From: Oopsacas minuta
Taxonomy: Eukaryota; Animalia; Porifera
NCBI GenBank assembly: GCA_024704765.1
Contig: JAKMXF010000222.1
Location: 1,368,400-1,432,399 of the forward strand
Reading direction: 5' to 3'
DNA: 64,000 nucleotides
Shown here piece by piece: positions 48,801 to 60,940 of the stretch. A program made the translations under genes and the position numbers. The notes below the pieces were generated by a model. The model was given only the letters and a program-made list of their open reading frames with translations, was not told the DNA's origin and did no database searches. The first letter of the stretch is position 1; every line of letters starts with the position of its first letter.

Positions 48801-51800
48801 CTAATATTTATGGCATCATTTTCTAAATAGTATTTGTAGCCTCTTAAATGCAATTTTACAAATTTTAATAGTTTCTGTGTAAAAACTACATACTATATGG
48901 CTTTCGGAAAAATTAGTCAATTGGTATTTTGTTCTTCTAAGCGGTTAATACTTAGCATTGACTTGCCCTATTTAGCACATATGTACTCGTTATCTAACTG
49001 ACAAACCAAACGGTATCATCGTGTGATATCTCGGAAAGCAATATACGTATGTATTTTTCCTGGAAACGACTATAATTCTTACATTTGGATTTAAGTCATG
49101 AATATTAGCTAATATAATATGATACGTAGTGATAATGTCAACATCTACCCTAGCGTATACAAGTAAATGGCGAGTTCTTCGCGAATTCAAAGCGACGAGC
49201 CAGGGGCTCGTCTTGCTATACTATATATAGTTTATTAATCTATCCTAGTATTTGGCTCGTCACTTCACAACTATATTCAGGCTCTCAGATCCAGTACTGC
49301 ACTAATCGCAATTGGCATTGGTAGTGTAGATATGCGCCGAACCTGAGGGGTTGGGGGTTTCTCGAGCCCCCCTAGTTTGATTACAGCCCATAGAGCTAAT
49401 ACAAAATTTATATGTGAGCCCCCCTGGATCGTTCAAGTTGTTCGGCGCCTCTAGTAGTTAAGCACTCTTTATTTATTTAATCCTTATATAGTCGATGAGG
49501 CACTAAAAAAATTTGAATTTCAGATTCATTAATGGAATAACGAATACAACCAATTACGTATAGCTATTATAGGTTCGATGGAATAATATGTATGTTGAGG
49601 GTAATACTACTCCCTATGGAATGCCAATTGTTAGTTGTCAGATGCAGCGTTGCTGGCAGGAGCTACTAGAAAAGAGTAACTACAGTAAATTGGTTGAGGA
49701 GACTACTGCTTTTAACAAACAGAATAAATTTATTAAAAGAGGAGTTAGTGTTATTCCTACAAAGTTTGGTATTTCGTTTGGAATTGCATTTCTCAATCAA
49801 GGAGGTAAGATTTGTATTTATCATTTCTTAATCTACATAAGTGGTCCGTTTATCATCATAAGCTCCTTTCATAATACAAATGAAAACAACTACTTTATCT
49901 GTATTCAATCTATTCCATTGAATATAGCCCTGACACTTGTATAAACCTACATAGAATGGATCACTGAGAGTATCCTCTTTATTTTCTATCTTCTGTTTAA
50001 CACCTTTAATCTTCAATTGGCAATTGTCCTGTAGGTAGAAGTGTATAAGAATAGAGAATTTCTTTAACTGATTTCAGTTCAGAATCCTTCTCAGTATTGT
50101 GTTGCCGTAAAATGTTGAGTTTATCTTCCAATAGTATGGATGTTTCAATTTGCTTCTGATTGAATTTTAGTACCAGCAGTATAGCTATACTCATGTTAAC
50201 TAGTGCTGATAATATCCATATAGTCCAGCTTCTAGTTGTATCCATTCCATTCAAAGAGCTTGTTGTTTCAAATTCCTTCATATCTATTTTGTCACTCAGC
50301 TGTATGTTCTCACTTCTCAGCTGTTCGTTGCCAGTTCTCAGCTGATTGAATTCACGCACTAACTTCTGGTAACTTATCGTATTCTGAGTTATATGCATCT
50401 CCAGGTCTTTTCTCAGTATTCCAATTGTGTCAAAACCAACTTCCTTATAAGGACATGTAACCACGCCATCTGGATTGTGCATACATTCCATAACGTGTTC
50501 GTTTGCTTGGCTAACCCTTACTTTATCTCTACAGTACACGCACTCCTCATGTCCAAAGGGACACTCTATCTCGTAGTCTATTGTGTCATATTTTTCATGT
50601 GACTGTATAGACTGTTCATGAGACTGTTCGTTTGACTGTATAGCCTGTCCGTTTGACAGTATAGCCTGTTCGTTTGACAGTATAGCCTATTCATGTGACT
50701 GTATAGCCTGTTCGTTTGACAGTACAGCCTGTGTCGTGTGACTGTATAACCTGTTCATGTGACTGTATAGATAATTCGTTCTGGTATATCCTATCTCTCT
50801 CCATAAGTAGGGGAGGGATTTGAATAGCTATACCCATGATAACTAGCGTTAACAAAATCCGTATACTCCTGTTATTATTTGTATAAATTATATACAAATA
50901 TGTTTGTTTGTTTGTTCAAATTTTTTCTTATCCATTTTGTTACTCAGCTGATTCAATTCATGTAGCAATAATTTCTGGTGACCAACCCACTTCCATGTAA
51001 GGACATGTAACAACACCATCTGGATGGTGTTGACATAATCTAATGTGTTCGTTTGCTTGGTTAGCTCTTACATTCTCTTTACAGTACTCGCACTCTTGAA
51101 TTCGGAAGGGACACTCTTTCTGGTGGTTTATTGTGTCATATTTTGTAACACCTCTCCACATTCTTTCTGACATTTTATTTTCACTTTAACACAACCATTT
51201 ATGTGTTCCTCAATATTATCCAGCTTTCCTGACCAATCACAACCTTGTATTGCTAGAGGACATCTGCATTTCAGTTCCCTCACAAACCCGTCTACTCTCC
51301 CATTAACTTCCTCGCCTCTACCCCCTCTACAATTTGTACAGAATGTCTTGCCTTCAGACATCTGTGGTTTTATGCTAATTCCATCACATTTTGAGCAGAA
51401 TATGAATTTCTTCATATTCTCAGGGACCTGTTCCTTGAGTAAGTCTGTTCGATACCCTCCTATCTCTCCCCTCATATCCACGTAGATGAGGGTACTTATA
51501 GAGTCTGGTGTTACAGGGTCTCTCTCTCTGCCATATACCCACTTATTTGTTTGTTAGTTATCACTTATCAGTTAGTTACAGTTCTGTGCTGTAATTCAAT
51601 AGTTATCTATAAATTTCTAACAGCTTGTGTACATGAAACGCTCTGCAAAGGTGTGAAATATGATTAAACATATGATAAGCATGATCATGTGTATATTCCT
51701 AGCATTCCATTACCCGGCTAGAACCTCCCAGAAGGTGTTAAAATATAATTACAGTAATCGTAAGATATGATTATCTACCTAAACTCGTGTTAATATGCAT

Positions 51801-54800
51801 AAAATGTCCTATTTGGGATAGTTCAAGTCGTTGGCTACACTTTCACTTTTATGAGCTAACTGATTAGAATTATAGTTTTCGCACTATTTAATAAATTGTC
51901 TCACACAACGATACAATCTATACAAATTATTGAAATTAATCTCCGTTTAATGAGTGTTGGATGCTCTTTAGGTACGAGGGGAGACCTGTTATACCCATTT
52001 CAATAATAGTAGCAGTGATTGTAGACAAAACTTCCCTAGTACGAACTAGAGGAGGGGATTTGATTAGGAATTATCCCCCAAGCATGAAGATAGGGATTCA
52101 TATACCTACTTGTGGATGAGATCTCTGAACACGACACCTCTGGTTCTATCAATAAATATGTAACACCTGTATAGTGCATATAATTACTTGTAAATATGAA
52201 TAAAAAAATTAAGAAATCTATCATGCAAAAGTATATATAGGCGAATTGTTGGTACTCTGTGGGTTTAAGAGGTCCAAGTGTCATTGGGGCTAAATACATA
52301 ATTCCGAATTTCGCAATTAAAGTTTCTCATATGTAAATTTATTGTTGTTTTTATGAATATAAAGTAAAAAATTCGCAAAACCTCAAAATTCACGTAGATA
52401 CTCACTCTAAACGGCTACAAAGGGGGTTGATCTTACAAAATAATTCAATAATATAGATGCCATATACGTGTATTTGTGAATTACATTGTTCTAAATATAT
52501 CTATATTATAATGCTCAAAGGGAGCTTAATGGATACTTCGAGGCGTAATGCGCCGAGTTTATCGGCCAAGCGACGACGAGCTAAAGGCTCGTTATTTATA
52601 GAAGACGGTGGAATCGAAAATGTAAATTGTAGAATTAGATAAAACATTAGAAAAGGTTTTACATCTGTACTTACACGTTTGTACAACCGTTTAAAGTTTC
52701 TACTCTCTTATTGCATATAAGAGATAATATTTTTGCACGTATTATATTCACATTAATTGTCTTTACTTATTGTGTCATTTGTGTACTTCTAGGAGCTCTT
52801 GTACACATTATCAAGGATGGGAGTGTGTTGGTAGCTCACGGGGGGATTGAGATGGGACAAGGTCTGTACACTAAAATGATACAAGTGTGTTCAAAGTCCC
52901 TAGGTATTCCAATTTCTAAGATCTACATCAATGAGACTTCTACTAATACAGTATCAAACATGTCACCTAGTGCTGCTTCTATGTCTTCTGATATATACGG
53001 TATGGCTATACTAAATGCATGCGAAATATTGAATAGTAGGTTAGCTGCTATCAAGAAGAATAATACAAATAAAAGTTGGGACGAATGGGTGAGTGAGATA
53101 ATTATATTATAATTAAGAATCCCGGGATTCGTTTCTATTTTTCGTATTCTAGAAATTTCGTTCAAAGAAGCTCAACTAAGCCTTCATGACAAGATAGGAA
53201 TGTAGCACACTAATTACAGTCCAACCTCCGAGATCAGTGCACCTCCCTAAACTGAGCAGAATATTTTCAATCTGATCCAAATTTTTCACCAATTTTAGCT
53301 AATTTTCCCATAATTACTCACTTTTGTGATATTATCACGAAGAATAAAACAGGTTTCTTAGCATCACAAACTGTATAACATCCATATAAGGAAATGAAAT
53401 GCATTTCTAAATTGTGAATTATGAAAAACATTGGATCTATCATAGAATGATATTTCTGAGATCTGGGCAATACCCTACGGATTTTATCGGAGGTTTGACT
53501 GTAAATAGTGTTAGAGACCAGCTTGCTGCGCTGACTACCCAATTTTATTAGCATCAAATCCACTATTCTGAGACGATAAGGCAAATGTTCTATCATACGA
53601 TATATTATTTTTAGATAAATATAGCTTACTTGGACAGAATCAATCTATCTGCTCAAGGCTTCTGTAAAATTGAGAAGTTAGACTTTGATTGGAGTACTTC
53701 TAAAGGTATACATTCTCTATTAATTTTAACGGTATACCTATATGTTATATGTTTTCTAACATACGAATAGGATCTCCTTTCAATTATTTCACTTATGGGT
53801 GTGGTTGTTCCCTTGTGGAAGTAGATGTCCTAACAGGAGACTTCAAAGTACTGAAAACAGATATTGTTATGGATGTAGGTAAGAGTATTAACCCAGCTGT
53901 GGATGTAGGTCAGATAGAGGGAGCATTTGTTCAGGGTATGGGATTATTCACAATGGAAGAAATGGTTTACCTGAATGAAGGTAGGAACATTCAAAAAGGT
54001 ACGCTACTCATTGGTATCACTATATTCAGACATTTCTGGACTTTCATTTCCTATTTATAAAACAGGCACTGTGTTTACGTGTGGACCCGGTACTTACAAA
54101 ATTCCTTGTTTTGGAGATATCCCTGCCAACATGAGAGTATATCTCCTGCATAACGCGCCTAACGAGAGGGCGGTCTACTCCTCCAAAGGTATAGGGGAAC
54201 CTCCTCTGTTCCTAGGAGCTAGTGTCCTATTTGCTATTAAAGACGCTATTGCTAATGTGAGAAGAGAGAATGGTAAGTCCTATATTACTTGTAATCTTAT
54301 TAAATTCTATTCCATTTGATACATAGTAACATATTCACTAACCTGAGGATATCATTTCACAGAATATAATATTACATAAAGTTTGTTATTAGCACTACTC
54401 GGTTAATAACAATATTTTGTCTACTAGCAACCTATTGGCGAACTTTCGGCAGAGAAATAATTTCCGTTATCGAAACACCCGCTTCTAAATCGGTTAGTAA
54501 TTTTACTAATTTACGAAATAATAAGTGTACAGTGTAACCTGCATAAACTGACACTCGTTGGGACATGAAAATTGTGTCGGTTTTGCAAATTGTTGGCTTA
54601 TGCAGGTGAATTTGTATTGTCGGAAGCTACTTCAGAAAAGAAACACTGTCTGATAATACAGGTGCGGTTTATTCAGGTTTTATTGTATGTGATATTCTAG
54701 CATCAATATAGGTGTCACTTTGACATTTCGTCTGAACTCTCCAGCAACTTCAGAACATATTAGAATGCTATGTAGCGACTTTATTACCAATATATTTATC

Positions 54801-54851
54801 AAAGAGAAGGAGGAAGGAGTAGCTGAGGAGAAATGGACTGTAGTTCCCTGA
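42817..54851 (+). CDS. XDH: Xanthine dehydrogenase/oxidase, ~1307 aa, 14 exons
   Basis: Exons: 42817-43087, 44964-45514, 45837-46313, 46420-47031, 47134-47305, 47434-47544, 47753-47995, 48320-48630, 49573-49804, 52793-53088, 53615-53705, 53771-53980, 54066-54272, 54712-54851 (3924 nt, all GT-AG, in frame). 2Fe-2S motifs [15 protein letters not shown] and NLCRC are present. So are [17 protein letters not shown] (E802), MDRALF (R880), [10 protein letters not shown] and GEPPLFL (E1261), which favour XDH over aldehyde oxidase. Confidence 0.95.
43118..44448 (+). mobile_element. mariner (DD34D) transposon with inactivated transposase, in XDH intron 1
   Basis: Perfect 25-bp TIR core agggcgttcaataagtcttgcgggt (43120-43144 / 44422-44446), with TA TSDs at 43116-43117 and 44449-44450. 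Transposase 43307-44370 has WVPHKL, TGDETW, DNASSH and YSPDLAPCD (34 residues between D2 and D3). It is broken by at least 3 frameshifts and a TAG at 43971. Confidence 0.95.
48663..49222 (+). mobile_element. Composite Helitron-like/TIR repeat in XDH intron 8
   Basis: Helitron-like start (tgtatatcattaaatctc..ctgtctgt) and a perfect 26-bp palindrome ttaacatctaccgcggtagatgttaa (48747-48772) related to the TIRs of 688-1183. An inverted TIR-like copy lies at ~49130-49158 and a terminal hairpin gacgagc-caggg-gctcgtc near 49196-49214. Confidence 0.45.
49334..49448. mobile_element. Short MITE-like element (gcgccgaac / gttcggcgc ends)
   Basis: 9-bp inverted ends. The interior resembles 10751-10825 (gag.ccccc.tgg...ccatagagcta). 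Confidence 0.35.
50006..51534 (-). pseudogene. TRAF-like RING/zinc-finger - coiled-coil - TM pseudogene, nested antisense in XDH intron 9
   Basis: ATG at 51534 ([10 protein letters not shown]). RING-like CSKC...FCTNC and TRAF-type fingers [15 protein letters not shown] and [12 protein letters not shown]...[13 protein letters not shown]. The finger-coil-TM module is duplicated. Multiple frameshifts (~51525, ~51140, ~50985, ~50895, ~50735) and a TAG at ~50688. Confidence 0.75.
50593..50770. repeat. 21-bp minisatellite (~9 units) encoding [14 protein letters not shown] heptads
   Basis: Units such as gttcgtttgacagtatagcct and gttcatgtgactgtatagact, including one 12-bp and one 22-bp unit. Confidence 0.85.
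54530..54685. mobile_element. Tigger-like MITE in the last XDH intron
   Basis: TA|cagtgtaacctgcataaactg ... cggtttattcaggttttattg|TA, an imperfect TIR. Confidence 0.55.
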
Positions 54852-55600
54852 GGATATTAAACTATTTCAAACTCACAATTTTTGTTAAGAATTATCGAAT
54901 TTCGAAGGTTACCAATTATTTATTTATTTTTTATTTATATGACTCTAAGCGGAATATTTATATATCTTCTTACTCGTTAATTTCTATGACCTCTATTTAT
55001 TCGTGAACGTTATGATATTAATTTTCCTTTAAATAAGACACTCCCGAAATACGGCATTAAAAGAATACTGGAATTTAATAAAAGAAAACGAAATTATCTC
55101 CTAAAATGCGACAGTTATTCAATAAAATACAATATTGTACCCTGAAACTCAATTACAATTTTGTTAGTTGGTTCCAACCCGCTAAGTTAGTTGGAGTTCC
55201 TGTCAGCGTTAATACCTTTATAATATATAACTATACAAGTACGTATATGCATTTTGCCAGGTGGAAATAAATTGGGAGAAGCAGGAATGATGAACTGATA
55301 CTTAATACTTACATTGAAAAGAAATTTATCAATTTAGCCCAGTAAGTAATTTCTATCTAGGACAGGTTTTGAAATCTACAGAGCATCAGATTTGATAATT
55401 TCAAAGGAATGTATAGATAAAGTTACCATTAGTAGGTTGTAGAGAGAACTGATCGCCTCCTCAGTCTGGAGATATGAAAAGATAATCTAATAATTGAATG
55501 TGTGGGTTAATATATTTTGCATAATAGCGTGTTTTGGTGGGAGATTACATTACCAAATATGAAAATATATCATGCATGTGCTAACGGAAAATATTTCTGT

Positions 55601-56470
55601 TTATTTCTGCTTTTGCCTCTGGAAAGAAGTTAACGTTAGGGTAGAAGTATTTTTCTTTTTTTTCAACCATTTATCGAATGGGGTTTTACTCTCAGGTTTT
55701 ATATCTTTAGTTATTTTAGTTTCCATTTTATCTTTAGCCTCTATTTCACTGAGAATTTGTTTCCTCTTATTCTTCATCCAGGCTAGATACGCGTTAGCTT
55801 TCTTCTTATCCATATCAAGAGTACTGTCTCTACCAAACTCTCGTTTACTTCTTGAAACCTCTATCAGTTGTTTATCTTTCATGTCTAGCCAGGCAAGGAA
55901 TGCCTCTTGTGCCAACTTCCTCCTCTCGGAATCCCGGATACTATAGAGACTGGAGCTTGGATTGTAGTCAAGTGGAGCTGTTTGAGGTCTTACTTGTATT
56001 ATCGAAGGAGAAGTCATTGAGGTATGAGGCTGTGTGTTGGGACGAGATCTCGGTTTGGATTGAGGTAGACTGGGAGTTGAATTGAATGCACTCAGGCCTT
56101 GTATAATGTTACTAGGTTCTGTGACGACTGAAGTAGCAGGAATTCTTCTAGTTGAGTCAGTTCGTTTAACCTCTCTTTTGGATTTAGTTATTACATTTGA
56201 ATCTTTAGTGTGTTTAGGTTTAGATGTTTTGAGGTGGTTGGGTTGTGTTAATATGTGTTTGTTTTCTGTCAAATCTACAGGTGTAGATTCTATTGGTAGT
56301 GGTGATGCTTCTATTTCCTGAGCCTTAATTAACTCAAACTTTCCATCCTTTTCAATTAGAACTCGTTCTTCTCCATTCAGGGAGCTAGCCGGAGTATTTA
56401 TTGTATCTTCATTCAGGCTGTCTACTTCTGAGATAGGAATGCATAATGGCATCAATTCTGCTGAAGACAT
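55601..56470 (-). CDS. CCDC181: CCDC181-like coiled-coil protein, 289 aa
   Basis: ERVLIEKDGKFELI motif, a low-complexity middle, and C-terminal AFLAWL, AYLAWM and PFDKWLKKKK helical repeats as in CCDC181. Confidence 0.65.
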   Translation of the reverse strand: MSSAELMPLCIPISEVDSLNEDTINTPASSLNGEERVLIEKDGKFELIKAQEIEASPLPIESTPVDLTENKHILTQPNHLKTSKPKHTKDSNVITKSKREVKRTDSTRRIPATSVVTEPSNIIQGLSAFNSTPSLPQSKPRSRPNTQPHTSMTSPSIIQVRPQTAPLDYNPSSSLYSIRDSERRKLAQEAFLAWLDMKDKQLIEVSRSKREFGRDSTLDMDKKKANAYLAWMKNKRKQILSEIEAKDKMETKITKDIKPESKTPFDKWLKKKKNTSTLTLTSFQRQKQK

Positions 56471-57066
56471 CTAGTATATAACGAGCATGTGCATGTGATA
56501 CATTGGGGACGCGGAAAATGACCCAAAACTGATGTCGGAATTTGACTCAAAATATTAGCTTAGGAGATCTGTTTTATAATAATTAATTAATTAAGTTTAC
56601 TAAATGGATTTATAGAAACGAGGACATGATAGGACAGTTATTATTGTATTAATTAGAAACCCCTTACCACTGGGAGGGGATTAGGGATTTAGTTCACTTC
56701 CTTATTGGTTTGGGAGTTTCATTTGTACTCGTTATTAAGCTGCCTAGGGGCGGGGATGTGGACTGATGCTAATTTTGTGTTTGGATGGACTTTAGTTGGA
56801 TTAATTATTCGAAAACCGTTTGCAAATTCCTACTACCAATTTTATTTTGGGTCAAATTCCTGCGTCTCGATACATTATCTTAAAATATTGTTTATTTGTA
56901 TCATGTCAATCAATAGACCAGCATTTGGCTGGTCACCTGAAGTGTATGCAATAATAATATAATAAGCTGACCAGCATTAGCAGCAAATTGTATTACGATA
57001 TTGCCATATATTTGATATTCAGTTATATTGTGTCAAATATCGGTTCTTTCTAATGTAGTAGTCATA

Positions 57067-57240
57067 TTTTAGTGCAGCTCCTAGGAAGATGTCCTAATGG
57101 TATGGCGATGTGCGAAGTCGGTACTTCCGTTTGCTTTGCCGTGCGAAATCTAACAATCATATTTACATGAAATTTGGTGTACATATACATTTTGGGTCAG
57201 AGATTTGCACCTGGGTATTAATTTTTCTAAAGTGGATATT
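57067..57240 (+). mobile_element. Helentron/HINE-like element, second copy
   Basis: ttttagtgcagctcctaggaagatgtcctaatggtatggcgatgtgcgaag...gtgcgaaatcta...catatacattttg aligns with the reverse complement of 38590-38759. Confidence 0.55.
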
Positions 57241-58500
57241 TCACACCTTTTTGGTGATTAATCATATTTTCATACCTTTCTTTGCAAAACTCTAAAGCAT
57301 GCTAGGGATTAGGATTCAACATGTTGGCAGGAGAAATTGGTGTGTAGAGTCCGATTTTGAGATCTTCAGAGCACGAAAGTAATTAAATCACATATTTATC
57401 ATATGATTAATCATATTTTAACACTTATTTGAATTATTTCAATATTATCCTAGAGATTTTATTTTAACTGCAGTCAGGGACAATCGAGTATATAGATTTA
57501 AATTTTTCATTTTCAAATCTATATCTACATGATTTTTCATGTAATTAATCATCTTTTCACACATTTTTGCATCATTTTCAAATCATGCTAGAAATTCAGG
57601 TAAAAATCCTTGTAATTGGTCTACCTTGTAGTATAGTCATGCAATGGTGATAGTATTAAAAATGTCCAGCCGACAGACTGAGAGTGCAGCTCCCAGTTTG
57701 TCGGCTGGACACACCTTTTGACAATTAGATCTGCTGAAGTGTATGCAATTTGGTGAACATTTCAAAATTATCCTAGAGATTAGCTTCTACATGTTAAATA
57801 GGGGTGAACAGAGACGTGGAAATCGATTTTGACATTTTTACATGTTTAACAAGATTAGTAAAATTCAATTTATCTTTCTTAATATAGTTTCAATAATCCA
57901 CTAAAATTAATTTGGTAAAATTTAATTCGGCACTGACGTTGATTTGAGATTTTTAATTATAATATTTCCATATGGTGGTACTGTTGTGTGCTATATTATT
58001 ACATTGGCCCATTTGATACATGATGTCAGTTAACTCTACTAACAAACTTCCGACAGATTTAGTCTTTCTTTATTCTTGCAAAACCTTAAAATGTGATATT
58101 GATACAAAATTCTAGAATGATGCAGATTTTTCAATTACATTGGTTAACATTTACCGACTATTTACGCATGAGATGACACATTATATGTAAAATTGTAAAT
58201 GACCCAATTCTTGTGACCTACAATATCATTATATTTAGCATCTATGGTATGGTGGGGATGCGTTACAATTGCAAGGGCTACGATATCTGTTGATAAATAG
58301 CACAATTGTGATGTATTTATCTTTCTAAAGTTTAGAAATAAGGTTAAAATACAATATAATCATGAATAGAATATACTTATAAGTGCAATTATGAAACTAT
58401 TTGCTTGGATTCCATACGTTATACGTATAGTCAGTAGAAGCTCATCTGTAGTATAAAAGCCTGCTGTAGATCTTATTCGTATATTGTATTCGTGAAGAAC

Positions 58501-59316
58501 ATGTCTCTTGAACTAATCAGCTCCCATCTAGACGCTTCATTTTTAAATGATTGTTTAATTGAAGCAATCATAGGACAAGGTTTAGATGGAGAAATTGTAA
58601 GATTTTCTAAGAAAAAGGATAATACAAAAGGTGTATTAAAGATTCCTCGACACGACCTAACTCATGAGATAGAAATATTATCGAAGTTAATTCCTCACCA
58701 AAATATTGTTACATTTAACGGAGTACAACGTACAAAGAGAGGGGAAGGTATCCTATTGGAACATCTTGAGGGACAAGATTTGTTCTCTATGTTAGAAGAG
58801 GAAAATAATTTGTATGAATCAATAGCTAAAGACATTCTAAGACAGATACTCACAGCTATTAAATCTATTCACTCACAGAATATTGTACATCGTGATATCA
58901 AACTAGAGAATATATTCGTATCTCCGAAATGCTCAGTAAAGTTACTTGACTTTGGATTATCAGAAACTATTTCTGATGATATATCTCTAACAGAGTTATC
59001 CGGTACTCCTTCATATATTGCTCCAGAAATGATTAACAAGGCTCTCAATCCTTCGATGAACGGATACGGACGTCCTGTAGATATCTGGGCATGTGGAGTA
59101 CTCTTATATGCCATGATATCTGGAAGTTTTCCTTTCTGGCATGAGAAGCAGTTCCGTCGCTACCAACTAATCCTAGAGGGAGAAATAGACTTAAGTGATG
59201 GGGGATGGGAGGATGTTTCCGAAAAAGCTAAAAGTCTGATTCGCTCGTTACTAACTCTAGACCCCAGTATAAGACCTAGTGCAAGTGAGGCCCTTAATCA
59301 CTGTTGGTTCAATTAA
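58501..59316 (+). CDS. PHKG: Phosphorylase kinase gamma-like Ser/Thr kinase (catalytic domain only), 271 aa
   Basis: GQGLDG, VLK, HRDIKLEN, DFG, TELSGTPSYIAPE, GYGRPVDIWACGV, PFWHEKQ and WEDVSEKAKSLI closely follow PHKG subdomains. The stop falls right after the kinase fold. Confidence 0.75.
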   Translation: MSLELISSHLDASFLNDCLIEAIIGQGLDGEIVRFSKKKDNTKGVLKIPRHDLTHEIEILSKLIPHQNIVTFNGVQRTKRGEGILLEHLEGQDLFSMLEEENNLYESIAKDILRQILTAIKSIHSQNIVHRDIKLENIFVSPKCSVKLLDFGLSETISDDISLTELSGTPSYIAPEMINKALNPSMNGYGRPVDIWACGVLLYAMISGSFPFWHEKQFRRYQLILEGEIDLSDGGWEDVSEKAKSLIRSLLTLDPSIRPSASEALNHCWFN

Positions 59317-59474
59317 CTTATTAATTAATAACTATTCTATTATTTTTACATTATTCTGACACTTTATTAACTAATATTGTTTATGTATGGTATATAATGA
59401 TCATTTATAAATTGGTGGACTTTGTATATGAATCAGATAGTTTTTGAAAGAGTTCTGATTACAAGGGTAGCCTC

Positions 59475-60173
59475 ATGTTTAAGCAAGTTATTGCTCTCGG
59501 AGATTCATTAACAGAAATGGGTTCAGATCCAGCATTAGCTGGCTGGGTAGCACAGATGCAGAATCTGTGTTCTCGAAAGGCTGATGTATTGAACCGCGGG
59601 TTCTCAGGCTACAATACTCGCTACATAAAAATGATACTCCCCCTCTTAAAGATCGACTGGCAACACACTATATTTGTTACTATTCTATTGGGTACTAATG
59701 ACGCAGAGATTCCAGTACATGAAGACTCGGGTAACGTGCCTATATCAGAGTTCACTGCTAATCTCCGTGAAATTATCCAGCATGTGTTAACACAGGGCGT
59801 CCCAGCTGACCGAATTATCCTGATAACACCACCCCCTGTTGATGAGGACAAGTGGTTTGAGGTGTATAAAAGGAAGATTTGGTCAAATGATTTGGCTAAA
59901 ATTTATAATGAAACCGTATTAGCTGTCGCTGGGGAAACAGGGACCCACGTGATACCGATTTACTCTAAAATAATGGCAATGCCTAATTGGAAGAGTTTCT
60001 TAAGTGATGGCATTCATTTAAGTCAAGAAGGCAATCAACTCCTATTCGAGGAGGTGAGTAAAATATTAACACCAGTATTTGACAAGTTGCCCAATTGTTT
60101 CCCTAATTGGAAGGATATTGATCCACAACATCCTGAGTTGATATTTGAAAAGAATAATCTTAGCAATCCTTGA
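59475..60173 (+). CDS. IAH1: Isoamyl acetate-hydrolysing esterase 1 (SGNH/GDSL hydrolase), 232 aa
   Basis: GDSLTE, NRGFSGYNTR, LGTND and DGIHLS SGNH blocks. Confidence 0.92.
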   Translation: MFKQVIALGDSLTEMGSDPALAGWVAQMQNLCSRKADVLNRGFSGYNTRYIKMILPLLKIDWQHTIFVTILLGTNDAEIPVHEDSGNVPISEFTANLREIIQHVLTQGVPADRIILITPPPVDEDKWFEVYKRKIWSNDLAKIYNETVLAVAGETGTHVIPIYSKIMAMPNWKSFLSDGIHLSQEGNQLLFEEVSKILTPVFDKLPNCFPNWKDIDPQHPELIFEKNNLSNP

Positions 60174-60730
60174 GTGATTACACATCACTTTACAGATAAC
60201 AAACATTGCTTAGTAGCCAACTTCGATATTTACAAAATATGTTCTAATATACAATTGTTCTTACTTATTTTCTATTTTTATAATATTTCTGATTAACCGA
60301 TAATTTTATCCTTTATAATATGTCCTAATATAACGAATTGCTGACTGCCGTTACAGTTCAGATTCTAAGAAAACTTTCATAATGTTGTATCAAATTCACT
60401 GATTTCAAATTTAAAAGTGCAAGGTTGAGAGTACATGTAGAAACTAGTAGGAAGACACTTACCAGGCTGCTGTAATAGTGTATCTCCATAAGACTTGAGT
60501 TAGAAACCTTGAGATCAACCCTATTCCTTCTTACATTACAGTTTGTGTTCAAACTAAAAGCAATACCAAGTTAGGCATAAGATTACAGACTACCCAGTAT
60601 TCAATACGATCTCAACTTCTAAAGCGTTAACTTGTTGAGAAGTTATCTGTGAATCTTGAGGGGTAAATGATTTATTTATCTGCTAGAAGAAAGATAAAAT
60701 AATTACAATGCAAATTTGTTTAAACTAGTA

Positions 60731-60891
60731 CAGTCAAATCCCGTTACCTCGAATTCAAGGGACCGAGAAAATTACTTCGATAGAAGCAGAGTTCGATTTA
60801 ACAGCTGTAAATATATGTTACTCTGACGGTTTTGGGACTATTCTGTATTTCTATTCGAAATATTTGTGTTCGATATAACGGGGGTTGACTG
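60731..60891. mobile_element. Tigger-like MITE, full length
   Basis: TA|cagtcaaatcccgttacctcgaa ... ttcgatataacgggggttgactg|TC, an imperfect TIR. Partial relatives at 5838 and 36097. Confidence 0.7.
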
Positions 60892-60940
60892 TCTAATATT
60901 TTAGCTATTGTGTATTTGTTTCTATCTCTCTGTTAGCTAG

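Noticed and set aside
50593-50770. Regularly spaced repeats suggestive of CRISPR
   Set aside because: Contiguous 21-bp tandem units with no unique spacers, in a eukaryotic coding relic, and no cas genes.
57960-58084. Cadherin-like KSVGSLLVELTD segment as the next exon of the cryptic gene
   Set aside because: The phase-compatible acceptor gives a stop after 7 codons, and the motif lies in a different frame.
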